DNA of 64,000 nt from an uncultured bacterium (GTDB lineage Bacteria > Hydrothermota > Tepidihabitantia > SM23-42 > JAOAFX01): the NCBI GenBank assembly GCA_964418185.1, contig CAYQKL010000008.1, positions 3,704-67,703 on the forward strand. The letters are read 5' to 3'. Below are positions 29,429 to 39,654 of the stretch, one piece after another (within the stretch, counting starts at the first letter, position 1; each line of letters opens with the position of its first letter). The notes under the pieces are model-generated. The model was not told the origin of the DNA and did not search any database. It worked only from the letters and a program-made list of their open reading frames with translations. The position numbers and the translations under genes were made by a program.

Positions 29429-30109
29429 TTAACCTACCCTGGCTCTGAATAAACTACCCAGTCCTATGCCCAAAAGGATTGACACAATCCAGACTGCAAA
29501 GACCAGGATATAGGCGTTCTGTTTTTTAAGATTATTGGTTATACTTATACCTGTTGCAACAAGTATCATCTCCCAGATGATGAAGAAATCAATTCCGCTT
29601 AACAATTTGTAGGCAAATGATTTTGTCTCAAGATTGGGTAAAAATAAGGCAAGAGATGTGCTGACCTGTAAGGAGTGCTTTAACATAATCAATATCCATC
29701 TGAATAATTGTCCAGGAATCTTAACCAGGGCAGAATAAGAAACAACCGAGAAGACAAAGCGAAAACCGCCTTCACCTCCAAACATCGGAATTAATAGGTT
29801 CAATATTCCTGCAAATATCAAAAGTATCACCAGTGTTCCGATTATCGTGCCGATTGCACCAAAAACAACAATTATTGGACCGGACGAAAATTTCATTGCC
29901 TGTTCAATCTGTTCATCGGTCATATTCTGCTGTTTCATAGCCTCAATCTGCTGGGCACTGATTAAATCCCTGGTGGTGGAAATCGTCAATATGGATAGTA
30001 TCACGAGTACTACGATTACTACGATTAATGGTGTCAACCATTCAAGTTTTTCTTTTATTTTACTAAAAACCATTTTGGGGTTGATAAAAACATTAATTAT
30101 TTCTTTCAT
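29429..30109 (-). CDS. hypothetical integral membrane protein, possibly Yip1-domain-like
   Basis: There are 5-6 predicted TM helices. Leaderless behind a consensus promoter. Confidence 0.4.
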   Translation of the reverse strand: MKEIINVFINPKMVFSKIKEKLEWLTPLIVVIVVLVILSILTISTTRDLISAQQIEAMKQQNMTDEQIEQAMKFSSGPIIVVFGAIGTIIGTLVILLIFAGILNLLIPMFGGEGGFRFVFSVVSYSALVKIPGQLFRWILIMLKHSLQVSTSLALFLPNLETKSFAYKLLSGIDFFIIWEMILVATGISITNNLKKQNAYILVFAVWIVSILLGIGLGSLFRARVG

Positions 30110-30114
30110 AACAT

Positions 30115-30142
30115 ATTATACATAAACCATTATCTATGTCAA
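30115..30142 (-). promoter_or_regulatory. Consensus promoter TTGACA-N16-TATAAT, 5 nt upstream of the ATG of the membrane protein gene
   Basis: On the minus strand the -35 element is at 30137-30142 and the -10 element at 30115-30120. The ATG lies at 30109. Confidence 0.6.
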
Positions 30143-30224
30143 CACAATAATTTATCTAATATTGCCGCGAGCACTCTGTAAAGACTACTACTTACAAGGA
30201 TTATATTTTAATTCATTATGCTTC

Positions 30225-30252
30225 TTGACTTTATCTTAGTAAGATATATAAT
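30225..30252 (+). promoter_or_regulatory. Consensus promoter TTGACT-N16-TATAAT for the M23 peptidase-nadA operon
   Basis: The -35 element is at 30225-30230 and the -10 element at 30247-30252. An AGGAG SD at 30259-30263 is followed by a TTG start at 30269. Confidence 0.55.
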
Positions 30253-30268
30253 ACATTCAGGAGTTCAA

Positions 30269-31153
30269 TTGGAAATTATTGTTATTAATGAGCGGAAAAA
30301 CAAGTCGTTTAATCTTGTACTTAACTGGAGTATCTTTGGTTTGATCATTATCGTTATTTTGGCGATTCTTGTGCTTTTTGTTTACGGTGTGATCAATTTT
30401 GCCCGGGGTCGGGGTGATTATAAAAGGGTTCAACAGCTGGTCAGGGAGAACAGTATTGTGGAAAAACAGATTGACTATATGGAGGCTGAATTGAGATTAT
30501 TAAATATCACTATTGATAGTCTTACGAAGAGTGATACGGTATTACAGAGATTTTCTTCATTACAGACCCTGAAGATGGTTATTGCCCGTGACATTGCGGA
30601 AAAGGTAGAAGGTAATTCTATAGATGATAAAGATTTTGGTCAGTTGTCAACATATCTTGATGAACTTATTTTGAGAGTAGAAAACCAATATTCAACCAAT
30701 AGTACCATCCTTTCTTATCTTAAACAAAAGGAATTTTTGAAGAATTCTATACCATCAATTGCACCAGTAAATGGTTGGTATGTGCGTGGCTTTGGTTATT
30801 GCCTGGATCCGTTCACTGGGTCGGTAAAGATGCATGAAGGTATAGATATTGCCGCACCAATCGGCACCCCTATCATTGCACCAGCCGATGGTATTGTAAG
30901 AAAAGTACAGAATACCAAAGATTTTGGTATAGTTATAGAAATCAGTCATAATCAGGACCTGAGCACGGTCTATGGCCATTGTATGAACCCAACAGTCAAC
31001 ATCGGACAATCAATAAAAAGGGGCGATATTATTGGGTATGTTGGACTCAGCGGAAAGACGAGCGGACCCCATCTTCACTATGAAATAAGAATATCTCAAG
31101 TTCCAGTAGACCCTTTAAATTATATAATTATTGACAAAACTGCAGACAATTAA
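30269..31153 (+). CDS. M23 family metallopeptidase (LytM/lysostaphin-like), membrane-anchored
   Basis: The M23 catalytic motifs HEGIDIAAPIGTPI...GPHLHYEI are present. The start is revised to the TTG behind the SD, because the ORF-track ATG at 30218 lies inside the promoter. Confidence 0.75.
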   Translation: MEIIVINERKNKSFNLVLNWSIFGLIIIVILAILVLFVYGVINFARGRGDYKRVQQLVRENSIVEKQIDYMEAELRLLNITIDSLTKSDTVLQRFSSLQTLKMVIARDIAEKVEGNSIDDKDFGQLSTYLDELILRVENQYSTNSTILSYLKQKEFLKNSIPSIAPVNGWYVRGFGYCLDPFTGSVKMHEGIDIAAPIGTPIIAPADGIVRKVQNTKDFGIVIEISHNQDLSTVYGHCMNPTVNIGQSIKRGDIIGYVGLSGKTSGPHLHYEIRISQVPVDPLNYIIIDKTADN

Positions 31154-31161
31154 CACAAGAT

Positions 31162-32064
31162 ATGCCGGAGTTGATAGAAAAAATTAGTGAGCTAAAAAGA
31201 GAACGCAATGCAATCATTCTGGTCCACAATTATCAATTACCGGAAGTACAGGATATTGGAGATTTTGTCGGTGATTCTCTGGAACTGGCACGCATTTCAC
31301 GAGATGTGCCAGCAAATGTGATCGTCTTCTGCGGGGTTCATTTTATGGCTGAGACGGCAAAGATTTTTAATCCTGAAAAAATTGTATTGATGCCTGATTT
31401 ACATGCGGGTTGCCCAATGGCAAATATGATCGATCCACTAAAACTGAACCAGGAAAAAGAAAAATATCCACAGGCTGGAGTTGTAACATATATAAATTCA
31501 ACTGCTGATGTAAAGGCATTGTCTGATTTCTGCTGTACCTCAGCCAATGGTGTGAGAGTGGCACGGGCAATAGATAAAAAAGAAATCATTTTTGTGCCTG
31601 ATAAATACCTTGGTGCTTATGTCGCTCGTAATACTCCAGAAAAAAGATTCCATCTGTATAATGGATACTGTCCAACCCATATGCTTTTCACCAAAGAAGG
31701 TATTCTAAAACTGAAAGAAGAATACCCCGAGGCTCAGGTTCTGGTCCATCCTGAATGTCGTGTTGAGGTCCAGGAGATTGCAGATGAAATCTGCTCAACT
31801 TCTCAGATGATCACCTTTGCCAGAAATAGCCCGGTCAGAGAGTTCATTATCTGCACTGAAATCGGTTTGCTACATCGTCTGAAAAAGGAAAATCCTGGTA
31901 AAAAATTTATCCCCGGTAATCCCAATGCCCTTTGTCCAAATATGAAACTGACAACCCTGGAAAAGATTTTCTGGTCACTTGAAGATATGAAACACGAGAT
32001 TACAATTAATGAAGAAATAAGAAAAAAGGCACTTGTTTCAATTGAACGGATGATAAAGATTTAG
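31162..32064 (+). CDS. nadA: quinolinate synthase A
   Basis: Motif IILVHNYQLPEVQDIGDFVGDSLELA...CPNMKLTT. The protein is 300 aa long. Confidence 0.9.
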   Translation: MPELIEKISELKRERNAIILVHNYQLPEVQDIGDFVGDSLELARISRDVPANVIVFCGVHFMAETAKIFNPEKIVLMPDLHAGCPMANMIDPLKLNQEKEKYPQAGVVTYINSTADVKALSDFCCTSANGVRVARAIDKKEIIFVPDKYLGAYVARNTPEKRFHLYNGYCPTHMLFTKEGILKLKEEYPEAQVLVHPECRVEVQEIADEICSTSQMITFARNSPVREFIICTEIGLLHRLKKENPGKKFIPGNPNALCPNMKLTTLEKIFWSLEDMKHEITINEEIRKKALVSIERMIKI

Positions 32065-32133
32065 TTTGAGTTATTTATGCAACTGTTGTTTTTCAGACCA
32101 TCAGCAAAGACAAGAAGTTTTGATAACCCTGGA

Positions 32134-33408
32134 TCAATGTCCTTTTATGTCATAGAGAACCAGACCTGAAATCAGTTTGGGATAAAAATCAGTTGATTTT
32201 TGTGGCATCCGCTCTTTATTCGTTGCTACATCCCTGACTTGTTCGGGCCTTGTCGGATTCATTAAAAAGGCAAATTGGAATTCGTTGCTATCCACTCTTT
32301 TTAGAGTTTCCTCAATGCCCCGCTGATATCTGATATGGTCTTCGACTTTCTCTAACTTTATGCCCAGGATATGTTCAATCAAGAGATTATGTAGTATTGC
32401 GACATCAAGATTTTGATATTCTTTGCTCCTATCAGGAAGTATCTTTTTCATAAGTTTTAGATCCTTCAACTTAAGAATCAAACTCTGCTTGCAGGAATAA
32501 AATCCAAAGGTATGTACCTTTTCCTTTTCCAAAACAGACTTCAAATCTTGTTTTGCAACCTTTTTTATCTCAAAAAATTCATTTACCCTTTTTGTGAAGA
32601 CATCGAGATCAAACCCTTTAAGATTCATAATCAAACGATGTGTGGGTAGAATAACAAGCCCGGGATCCCGGATATTTACAAGTGTTACCATTTTGAAGTT
32701 TGCGGGATGGTTTTCATCTATATCACCAAGTTCATTGCGATAATTGAATGCGGTTTCATACCGATGATGGCCATCGGCAATAACAAGTATTGCATCTTTC
32801 AATGCTGAGGTTATCTTTTTAATGATGTTTTCATTCGTGATCTGCCACAATTTATGACCAATTTCCCGGTCATCCTTCACATCAATGATTGGAGGATTTT
32901 TGCATTCTTTTTCAATGATTTCCATTACGGTATTGTTCGGGTCTGTATATAGCAAGAATACCGGCTCAAAATCTTTCTCTGTTATCCTGGTAAGATTCAA
33001 CCGGTCTTCCTTAGGTTTTGATAGGGTTTTTTCATGCGGCAGAATATTGCCCTTTCCCAATTCTTCAAGTCTTAATCTGCATATAAATCCCCGTCTAACA
33101 TAATCTTTACCTTCAAGGGAGAATTCTTGAAAATAAGGATAGATTGAATCTTGTTCATCTTGAACAAATATCTGTTCTTTTAACCATTCCTGGATACATC
33201 TCTTTGCATTATTGTATTCCTGTGTGCGATTATGCCCATCAGCATAATGGGTTAAGACCAGATTTACAAAACTATATGGACTGCGTTCTTTGTACTCTTT
33301 TTCCATCTCATCCGTGATCTGGTCATAAGGTTGAGTTATTACCTTAGCGATATCTTTTATTCTTTTTAGATTATATCTAATTCCTTTAAAGGGCTTAATC
33401 TCAGGCAT
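32134..33408 (-). CDS. DUF1015-family protein
   Basis: The N-terminal signature reads PFKGIRYNLKRIKDIAKVITQPYD. It lies next to a serA-like gene. A canonical SD lies upstream. Confidence 0.75.
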   Translation of the reverse strand: MPEIKPFKGIRYNLKRIKDIAKVITQPYDQITDEMEKEYKERSPYSFVNLVLTHYADGHNRTQEYNNAKRCIQEWLKEQIFVQDEQDSIYPYFQEFSLEGKDYVRRGFICRLRLEELGKGNILPHEKTLSKPKEDRLNLTRITEKDFEPVFLLYTDPNNTVMEIIEKECKNPPIIDVKDDREIGHKLWQITNENIIKKITSALKDAILVIADGHHRYETAFNYRNELGDIDENHPANFKMVTLVNIRDPGLVILPTHRLIMNLKGFDLDVFTKRVNEFFEIKKVAKQDLKSVLEKEKVHTFGFYSCKQSLILKLKDLKLMKKILPDRSKEYQNLDVAILHNLLIEHILGIKLEKVEDHIRYQRGIEETLKRVDSNEFQFAFLMNPTRPEQVRDVATNKERMPQKSTDFYPKLISGLVLYDIKGH

Positions 33409-33483
33409 TAATCCTCCTTTGCCATGATGCCAGTACTAATCTATTCAGACAGAAGTGTAAATCTATCTTAAGGGTTCAGGTAT

Positions 33484-34380
33484 CTATTTTAAAGCATCCC
33501 TTACCAGTTCGGCAATCTGAACACCTGCTCTCTGTTGCCCTTCTTCAGTCTGGGCACCAATATGAGGTGTGAGAATAACCTGGTCAAGGCTGAATAGTTT
33601 ATGTTCTTTTGCTGGTTCAACCTCATAGACATCAAGGCAGGCAACCTTTACCTTTCCAGTGACAATTGCGTCATATAATGCATCTTCATCGATCACACCG
33701 CCCCTTGCACAATTGACAATTACAACCCCGGTCTTCATCCTGTCAAAAGCGGATTTGTTCAACAGATGGGCGGTCTCTTTTGTTTTCGGAATATGCAGTG
33801 AAATGTAATCAGAATCCTTCAACAAAGTATCAAAATCCACGACCTTTGCAAATTCAGAAGATTTGACATAGGGATCATAGGCAATGACATCCATACCCAA
33901 TGCCTTTGCCCTCTTTGCGAGTTCTGAACCAATCCGACCAATACCGATTATCCCCAGGGTCTTACCGAAGAGTTCAAAACCATGGAATTTTTTCTTTTCC
34001 CATTTACCCGCCTTTGTTGATGCAGTTGCCTGAGGAAGCATTCTTGCTGCAGAAAGCATCATTCCGAGGGCAAGTTCGGCAACTGAGATAGAGGTCGCAG
34101 CAGGTGTGTTCACAACCTTTATTCCTTTTACCTTTGCTGCTTCCGCATCAACATTATCCAGTCCCACACCAGCCCGACCAATTACCTTTAATTTCTTGCC
34201 TGCCTCAATCACATCTTTTGTAACCTTCGTTGCACTGCGCACGATTATTGCATCAAAATCAGGAATGGTTTTGACCAATTCTTCGGGCGACAGGCCGGTT
34301 TTTTCCGTAACTTCAAACCCACTCTTTTTCAAAATTTCAATTCCTTCTTTTGCAATTGGGTCAGAAATCAAGACTTTCAT
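33484..34380 (-). CDS. serA: D-3-phosphoglycerate dehydrogenase-like 2-hydroxyacid dehydrogenase
   Basis: The NAD-binding motif [16 protein letters not shown] and the catalytic RGG...H motifs are present. The start is set at the ATG behind an AAGGAGGT SD. Confidence 0.75.
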   Translation of the reverse strand: MKVLISDPIAKEGIEILKKSGFEVTEKTGLSPEELVKTIPDFDAIIVRSATKVTKDVIEAGKKLKVIGRAGVGLDNVDAEAAKVKGIKVVNTPAATSISVAELALGMMLSAARMLPQATASTKAGKWEKKKFHGFELFGKTLGIIGIGRIGSELAKRAKALGMDVIAYDPYVKSSEFAKVVDFDTLLKDSDYISLHIPKTKETAHLLNKSAFDRMKTGVVIVNCARGGVIDEDALYDAIVTGKVKVACLDVYEVEPAKEHKLFSLDQVILTPHIGAQTEEGQQRAGVQIAELVRDALK

Positions 34381-34402
34381 TCTTACCTCCTTTGCAGAAA
34401 TC

Positions 34403-34430
34403 ATTATATTCAGATTTTTTTCAAAATCAA
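34403..34430 (-). promoter_or_regulatory. Consensus promoter TTGATT-N16-TATAAT for serA-DUF1015
   Basis: On the minus strand the -35 element is at 34425-34430 and the -10 element at 34403-34408. The leader carries an SD. Confidence 0.55.
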
Positions 34431-34437
34431 TATTTAA

Positions 34438-34465
34438 TTGACAAATAGGTATCTTTGATTATAAT
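34438..34465 (+). promoter_or_regulatory. Consensus promoter TTGACA-N16-TATAAT, 5 nt upstream of the hslV ATG
   Basis: The -35 element is at 34438-34443 and the -10 element at 34460-34465. The ATG at 34471 predicts a leaderless transcript. Confidence 0.6.
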
Positions 34466-34470
34466 AAATT

Positions 34471-34995
34471 ATGCAGGCGACCACAATATTGGGATTAAAG
34501 TGTAATGATAAAGTTGCCATCGGATGTGATGGTCAGATAACAACCGGTGAGACAATTATGAAACAGCGGGCAAGGAAGATTCGCAAAATGTATAATGATA
34601 AAATTCTTGTCGGATTCGCTGGTGCAACTGCTGATGCCCTGACATTGTTTGAACGGTTTGAAACAAAATTGGAAGAATTCCGCGGAAATGTACCGAGAAG
34701 TGTAATTGAACTTGCCAAGGACTGGAGACAGGATAAAATCTTGCGTCGCCTTGAGGCATTCCTGGCGATTCTTGATAAAGAACACTCATATATTGTGTCT
34801 GGTGTCGGTGATGTGATTGAACCGGATGATGGTATTGTGGCAATCGGTTCAGGTGCGCCCTATGCCCTTGCTGCTGCCCGTGCTTTAGTAAAATATACAA
34901 AATTAAGTGCACGGGAGATCGTCGAGGAATCAATCAGGATTGCTGCCCAGATATGCATTTATACAAATACTGAAATATTCATTGAAGAACTGTAG
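34471..34995 (+). CDS. hslV: ATP-dependent protease subunit HslV
   Basis: After Met removal the protein starts with the TTILG... N-terminal Thr nucleophile. GSGxxxA motif present. No hslU follows. Confidence 0.9.
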   Translation: MQATTILGLKCNDKVAIGCDGQITTGETIMKQRARKIRKMYNDKILVGFAGATADALTLFERFETKLEEFRGNVPRSVIELAKDWRQDKILRRLEAFLAILDKEHSYIVSGVGDVIEPDDGIVAIGSGAPYALAAARALVKYTKLSAREIVEESIRIAAQICIYTNTEIFIEEL

Positions 34996-35011
34996 TATCT
35001 ATAAAAATTCG

Positions 35012-35854
35012 TTACTTTATGCGGGGAAGAATTAGTTTCAATTTTTTCAGTGCATTATCTCTTATCTGACGTACCCGTTCCTTTGTAATATTCATTAATC
35101 GGCTGATATCTTCAAGACTCTGCGTTTCATAATCGCCGAGTCCGAAATTTCTCTCTATTATTTCCTTTTCCCTTGGTGCAAGTTTTTTTAACGCGTTCTG
35201 GATTCTCTCGGTTTGTTGTTTTTGTCTTAATATTTCTTCAGGTGATGGCAGGACAAGTTTCTCCACAGCCATTTGATCAAGAGAAATGGTCTCTATGAAC
35301 GGATTGGCATTTTCATCAGAGAATGTTTCATCAAGCGAAAGAATTGGTAATAATTCAGTAAGGGCATTTGCAACCTGCTGAACAGAAACCTTTAAGTGCT
35401 GGGCAATTTCCTGGATTGTTGGTTCCCGGCCTTCTTCCTGAACAAAATTCGGAATAAACGATTTTATCCGCTTTGACAGATGACTTTTGGGAACAATCTC
35501 CTGGTCAATGAATATTGCTTTGTATATGGCTCTCTTTATCCACCAGGTAGAATATGTACTAAATCTGTAGCCTTTGCGTTCATCAAATTTCTCTACAGCA
35601 TGCATCAAACCCTGGGTCCCTGCATTGATTAACTCGGTTAGACTCAGTCCATAGTCAAGAAAATTTTTGCACAAATGTAATACATTTCGTAAATTTGAAA
35701 GGATTAGTTTCTCTTTCGCTTCTTCATCTTGTTTTTCTCTTATGCGGCGGGCAAGCTTGAATTCTTCTTCTCGGGTGAGAACTGGGTATTTCGCAATCTC
35801 CTCAAGGAATTGTTTTAACCCCCTTTCAGTTACCCGCTTCGGTATATGCATCAA
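35012..35854 (-). CDS. RNA polymerase sigma factor of the sigma-70 family (group 2/3-like, 280 aa), the last gene of the heat-shock operon
   Basis: Region 2 reads YSTWWIKRAIYKAI, and a region 4.2 HTH reads LEDISRLMNITKERVRQIRDNALKKL. There is no region 1.1. Confidence 0.8.
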   Translation of the reverse strand: MMHIPKRVTERGLKQFLEEIAKYPVLTREEEFKLARRIREKQDEEAKEKLILSNLRNVLHLCKNFLDYGLSLTELINAGTQGLMHAVEKFDERKGYRFSTYSTWWIKRAIYKAIFIDQEIVPKSHLSKRIKSFIPNFVQEEGREPTIQEIAQHLKVSVQQVANALTELLPILSLDETFSDENANPFIETISLDQMAVEKLVLPSPEEILRQKQQTERIQNALKKLAPREKEIIERNFGLGDYETQSLEDISRLMNITKERVRQIRDNALKKLKLILPRIK

Positions 35855-37345
35855 TTATGGAGTCAAGGCTACATATTTCTTTCTTTCTGCCCGCTGAATC
35901 TGGAAGATCACTGGTTTACCTTTTTTTAAATTCTTAACTGCCTTTCTGAAATCAGCGATGTTCTCAATGCCTGCGTTGCCAATGCCAATAATCACATCGC
36001 CGACTTGAATACCCGCATTCTCGGCTGGTGAACTGGATTCTACACCGACGACCAGAACACCTTTATCCATAGATACATTATATGCCTTTGCTTCAGGGCT
36101 GTCAATATCCACAACCTGTAACCCGAGCTGTGATTCCTGTTTTTCGAATGCCTGGGCTGTAACTTTCTCTTCCATTTCTCCAATCTTTACATTTAGGTCG
36201 ATTTTTTTACCATTTCTTACCAATCTCAATCTTACTGTCTGCCCTGGAGGGGTTGAGGCGACAAGGAGTCGGAATGATTCTACATCAGTGACCTTTTTGC
36301 CATCAAATTCAATAATCACATCACCTTCTTTTATTCCTGCTTTTGCGGCTGGAGAGTTAGTAATGACCTCATTTATTAGAACGCCCTCAAGTGAAGCGAG
36401 ATCAAGTGCTTCTTTCATATCCTCGGTGAGGTCCTCAAGATATACGCCGAGATAACCCCGGGTGATTTTTCCTTTTGTCTTCAATTCTTCAATTATATTT
36501 TTGGCAAGATTGATTGGAATGGCAAAGCCTATTCCGATATTGCCGCCAGTGGTTGAAGTAATCGCAGTATTTATGCCGATGACCTCGCCCTGTAGGTTTA
36601 TCAGTGGTCCACCAGAATTTCCAGGGTTTATTGCCGCATCAGTCTGCAAGAAATTCTGTAGATCGGGTCCTTCGCTTAAAGGAATGTGGCTTCTGCCTTT
36701 TGCTGAAATTACACCCACAGTAACCGTTCCCTCAAGATTAAAAGGATTTCCAACTGCCATCACCCAATCACCTACTCTTATTTTGTCTGAGTCGCCAAGT
36801 TTCAGATAGGGTAGTTTTTCCTTTGTCTCGATCTTAAGCAAGGCGATATCGGTTCGGGAATCAGTGCCAATGATCTTGATATCATCATTTTTGTATTCCC
36901 TCTTGTTGGTCAGTCTGATGATGATGTTGGAGGCATTTTTTACCACATGATTATTGGTGATGACATAACCATCTTCAGAGATTATGAATCCTGAACCAAG
37001 TGAACGTGATTTGCTTTCACCCGGTGGGAAGTTCTTGAAGAAATCGCGAAAAAAATCCTCAAAAGGTCCGCGAAAATTCCAATCAAAATTTTCAAAATCA
37101 TTCTTTACTGTGCGTTCTGCTGAAATATTAACCACGGCTGGCGAAACCATTTCTGCAACTCTTGTAAATGGACTTTCACCCTGTTCATTAACAATTGGAT
37201 TGACACTAATGGTTCCCTGGCTTGCCTCAGTGCGATTTGACAGATTTGGAATACCAATACTGATAATCAATCCAAAAAGAAAGGCGAATATAGCGGCAAT
37301 GCCCGCAATGATACCTGCTGATTTCAAAGAAATTTTTCCTTCCAT
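35855..37345 (-). CDS. htrA: Do/DegP/HtrA family serine protease with two PDZ domains
   Basis: The catalytic triad context is NNHVV / D / GNSGGPL, followed by two PDZ domains. Confidence 0.9.
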   Translation of the reverse strand: MEGKISLKSAGIIAGIAAIFAFLFGLIISIGIPNLSNRTEASQGTISVNPIVNEQGESPFTRVAEMVSPAVVNISAERTVKNDFENFDWNFRGPFEDFFRDFFKNFPPGESKSRSLGSGFIISEDGYVITNNHVVKNASNIIIRLTNKREYKNDDIKIIGTDSRTDIALLKIETKEKLPYLKLGDSDKIRVGDWVMAVGNPFNLEGTVTVGVISAKGRSHIPLSEGPDLQNFLQTDAAINPGNSGGPLINLQGEVIGINTAITSTTGGNIGIGFAIPINLAKNIIEELKTKGKITRGYLGVYLEDLTEDMKEALDLASLEGVLINEVITNSPAAKAGIKEGDVIIEFDGKKVTDVESFRLLVASTPPGQTVRLRLVRNGKKIDLNVKIGEMEEKVTAQAFEKQESQLGLQVVDIDSPEAKAYNVSMDKGVLVVGVESSSPAENAGIQVGDVIIGIGNAGIENIADFRKAVKNLKKGKPVIFQIQRAERKKYVALTP

Positions 37346-37370
37346 TTTATCTACTCCTACAAATTCAGGG

Positions 37371-37820
37371 TTACTTTATTTCAACTTCAATCTCTTTTGG
37401 CTTCAGGGTCTCTGGTTTCGGTAGAGTGATAATGAGAACGCCATCTTTATAAACAGCCTTAATCTTGTTTACATCAACTTCACTGGGTAAAGAAATTGTT
37501 CTTGAAAATTTACCATAAGATCTTTCAACCCGGTGATAGGTTTTATTTTTAGTTTCTTCTTCCTGTTTTCTTTCCCCGGAGATTGTCAAAAGATTTCCAC
37601 GTACAGATATTTTTACATCTTCTCTTTTCAAGCCGGGTAATTCTGCCTTGACAACGAAGTTCTCGTTGTCTTCTTCAATATCAATCACCGGCATCCATAT
37701 CCCTTCAATCTCTTCTGTCATATGCTTCCCAAAGAATGTATTAAAAAGTCTATCCATATCCTCACGTAGAGAGATTATTTCTCTAAGAGGATCCCATCTT
37801 TTCATCTGCTTGTCGGCCAT
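37371..37820 (-). CDS. Hsp20/alpha-crystallin family small heat-shock protein
   Basis: An alpha-crystallin domain (...FVVKAELPGLKREDVKISV...) and a C-terminal IxI-like motif are present. Confidence 0.9.
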   Translation of the reverse strand: MADKQMKRWDPLREIISLREDMDRLFNTFFGKHMTEEIEGIWMPVIDIEEDNENFVVKAELPGLKREDVKISVRGNLLTISGERKQEEETKNKTYHRVERSYGKFSRTISLPSEVDVNKIKAVYKDGVLIITLPKPETLKPKEIEVEIK

Positions 37821-37823
37821 AGT

Positions 37824-38144
37824 TTAATCTCCTTTTGCTGATTTATTTTTCTGCCCGATCGTTCTATATTCTATTTCTTTTTTCTTTATTTCATTTTTGA
37901 GTTTTTTTATCTTTTGTGAAATCGTTTTTATCCTCGGATTATTCTTAAAGTCCTCGTTCCCCTTTAAGGGGAAAAACTCATAAAACATTTTACCGAGTTC
38001 CCTGAATAATTCCTGTAGTTGTCTTTTCAACTCAAATATTTCGATCTTCAGTTTGCCCTTCAATGTAAGGTCACCGGCTTCCCTGCTCAGAACTTTTGAA
38101 GCGTCCTCAAGCCAGCGCGAAAAATCGTCAAAAAATTTCGCCAT
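37824..38144 (-). CDS. hypothetical small coiled-coil protein, the first gene of the heat-shock operon
   Basis: The 106-aa protein is charged and helical. An SD AGGAGGAATA lies upstream, with a 3-nt gap to hsp20. Confidence 0.4.
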   Translation of the reverse strand: MAKFFDDFSRWLEDASKVLSREAGDLTLKGKLKIEIFELKRQLQELFRELGKMFYEFFPLKGNEDFKNNPRIKTISQKIKKLKNEIKKKEIEYRTIGQKNKSAKGD

Positions 38145-38314
38145 TATTCCTCCTGTTCAATTTTTAGACAATATTCAAGTGGAATGGTTTAGTTTCTTAA
38201 ATAACTGCGTGTTAGGGCAAATCCTCCATATACTTCGGTTTTTTTTGATGCAAAAATTTTTCAGTGGATTACAGATAAATTCAGATGTAGTGGTCCGGGA
38301 TTAATACGAATGGA

Positions 38315-38872
38315 TTATACCTCTCTTATTTCTTTCTCTTTTTTCTTTAATATATCATCAACCTTTTTTATATACTCGTCGGTCATCTTCTGGATTGATT
38401 CCTGGGCTTTGAATGAATCATCTTCAGAAATCTTTTTTTCTTTTTCAATCTTCTTAAGTTCATTATTGGCATCTCTGCGGATATTTCTAATTGCAACCCG
38501 GCATTCCTCAGATAGTTTCTGGGAGAGTTTTACGAGTTCTTCTCTACGTTCAGCCGTCAATGGTGGTAGAGAAAGCCTTATGACATTGCCATCACTATTA
38601 GGGGTAACACCAATATCGGCTTTGTAGATTGCTTTTTCTATGACGGAAAGCGCCTGTTTGTCCCAGGGCTGGATGACAATCAGACGGGGTTCAGGAATGC
38701 TGATACTCGCAACCTGATTCAGGGGCAGGAGACTGTCATAATATTCAACCTTCACCCCATCTAAGAGCGCGGGTGTTGCCCGACCGGTTCTTATCTTTGC
38801 AAATTCCTGATTCAAAAGATTGATTGATTTTTCCATCTTTTGCTTTGTATCATCCTTTATTTTCTGTACCAT
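38315..38872 (-). CDS. frr: ribosome recycling factor
   Basis: The RRF-characteristic sequence reads IRTGRATPALLDGVKVEYY...VIQPWD. The start is set at the internal Met (MVQKIKDD) to avoid overlap with pyrH. Confidence 0.88.
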   Translation of the reverse strand: MVQKIKDDTKQKMEKSINLLNQEFAKIRTGRATPALLDGVKVEYYDSLLPLNQVASISIPEPRLIVIQPWDKQALSVIEKAIYKADIGVTPNSDGNVIRLSLPPLTAERREELVKLSQKLSEECRVAIRNIRRDANNELKKIEKEKKISEDDSFKAQESIQKMTDEYIKKVDDILKKKEKEIREV

Positions 38873-38892
38873 ATTATACCTCCATATAAGAT

Positions 38893-39654
38893 TTAATGAA
38901 CAATGGTACCAATTCTCTTGCCGGATACAATTTTGATTAGAGGATACTTCATAAGGTTGTACACGCAAATTGGGATCTTTGCATCCTTGCAGATTTTGAA
39001 AGCCGTTATATCCATAACATTTAGATTTTCTTTGATGACTTGATCATAACCAAGTTCTTCGAAAAGGGTTGCCTTCTTGTTCTTTTTAGGATCCTGGGAG
39101 TAAACACCTTCAACATTTGTGCCCTTAATCAGAACATCAACGGAAAGTTCAACTGCCCGAATTGCAGCAGCAGTGTCGGTTGATACAGTGGGATTACCGG
39201 TTCCACCAACCAGAATTAGTACGCCACCATTGTCATACAGTATTTTATCCTCAAATTTGTTAAACTGGGGCACGATTCCGGCAATTTCAAAACTGCTCCT
39301 TAAAAAAATTTTTTCAATTCTATTTTTCAAGTAGGAATACATTGTCATTCCATTGATCACGGTTGATACCATCCCACAGTAATCTGCATCAATCCGATCA
39401 AATCGTCTCTCATCTCTGCCTCGGATGATATTACCACCACCAACTACCACACCGATTTTTATTCCCAGACGGTAAACCGAGACAATCTGTTCAGTGATAT
39501 AATTTAGAGATTTGGCGGTTAGAATTTCTGATTTCTGTCCGAGGGTCTCACCAGAAATTTTCAGAAGAATTCTGCGGTATTTTATCTTGGTATTATTCAC
39601 CGAGGCGAAAACGAATGAATCTTCTAATGACGATATTTTCGCCAAATTTGGCAA
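38893..39654 (-). CDS. pyrH: UMP kinase (the true start is probably downstream of the ORF-track start, which overlaps tsf)
   Basis: The motifs KYRRILLKISGE and GGTGNPTVSTDTAAAIRA are typical of PyrH. Confidence 0.85.
   Translation of the reverse strand: MPNLAKISSLEDSFVFASVNNTKIKYRRILLKISGETLGQKSEILTAKSLNYITEQIVSVYRLGIKIGVVVGGGNIIRGRDERRFDRIDADYCGMVSTVINGMTMYSYLKNRIEKIFLRSSFEIAGIVPQFNKFEDKILYDNGGVLILVGGTGNPTVSTDTAAAIRAVELSVDVLIKGTNVEGVYSQDPKKNKKATLFEELGYDQVIKENLNVMDITAFKICKDAKIPICVYNLMKYPLIKIVSGKRIGTIVH

Noticed and set aside
38145-38314. A CIRCE (HrcA) operator upstream of the hsp20-htrA operon
   Set aside because: No TTAGCACTC-N9-GAGTGCTAA-like inverted repeat is present. Only a CTTGAA hexamer and an SD element are visible.
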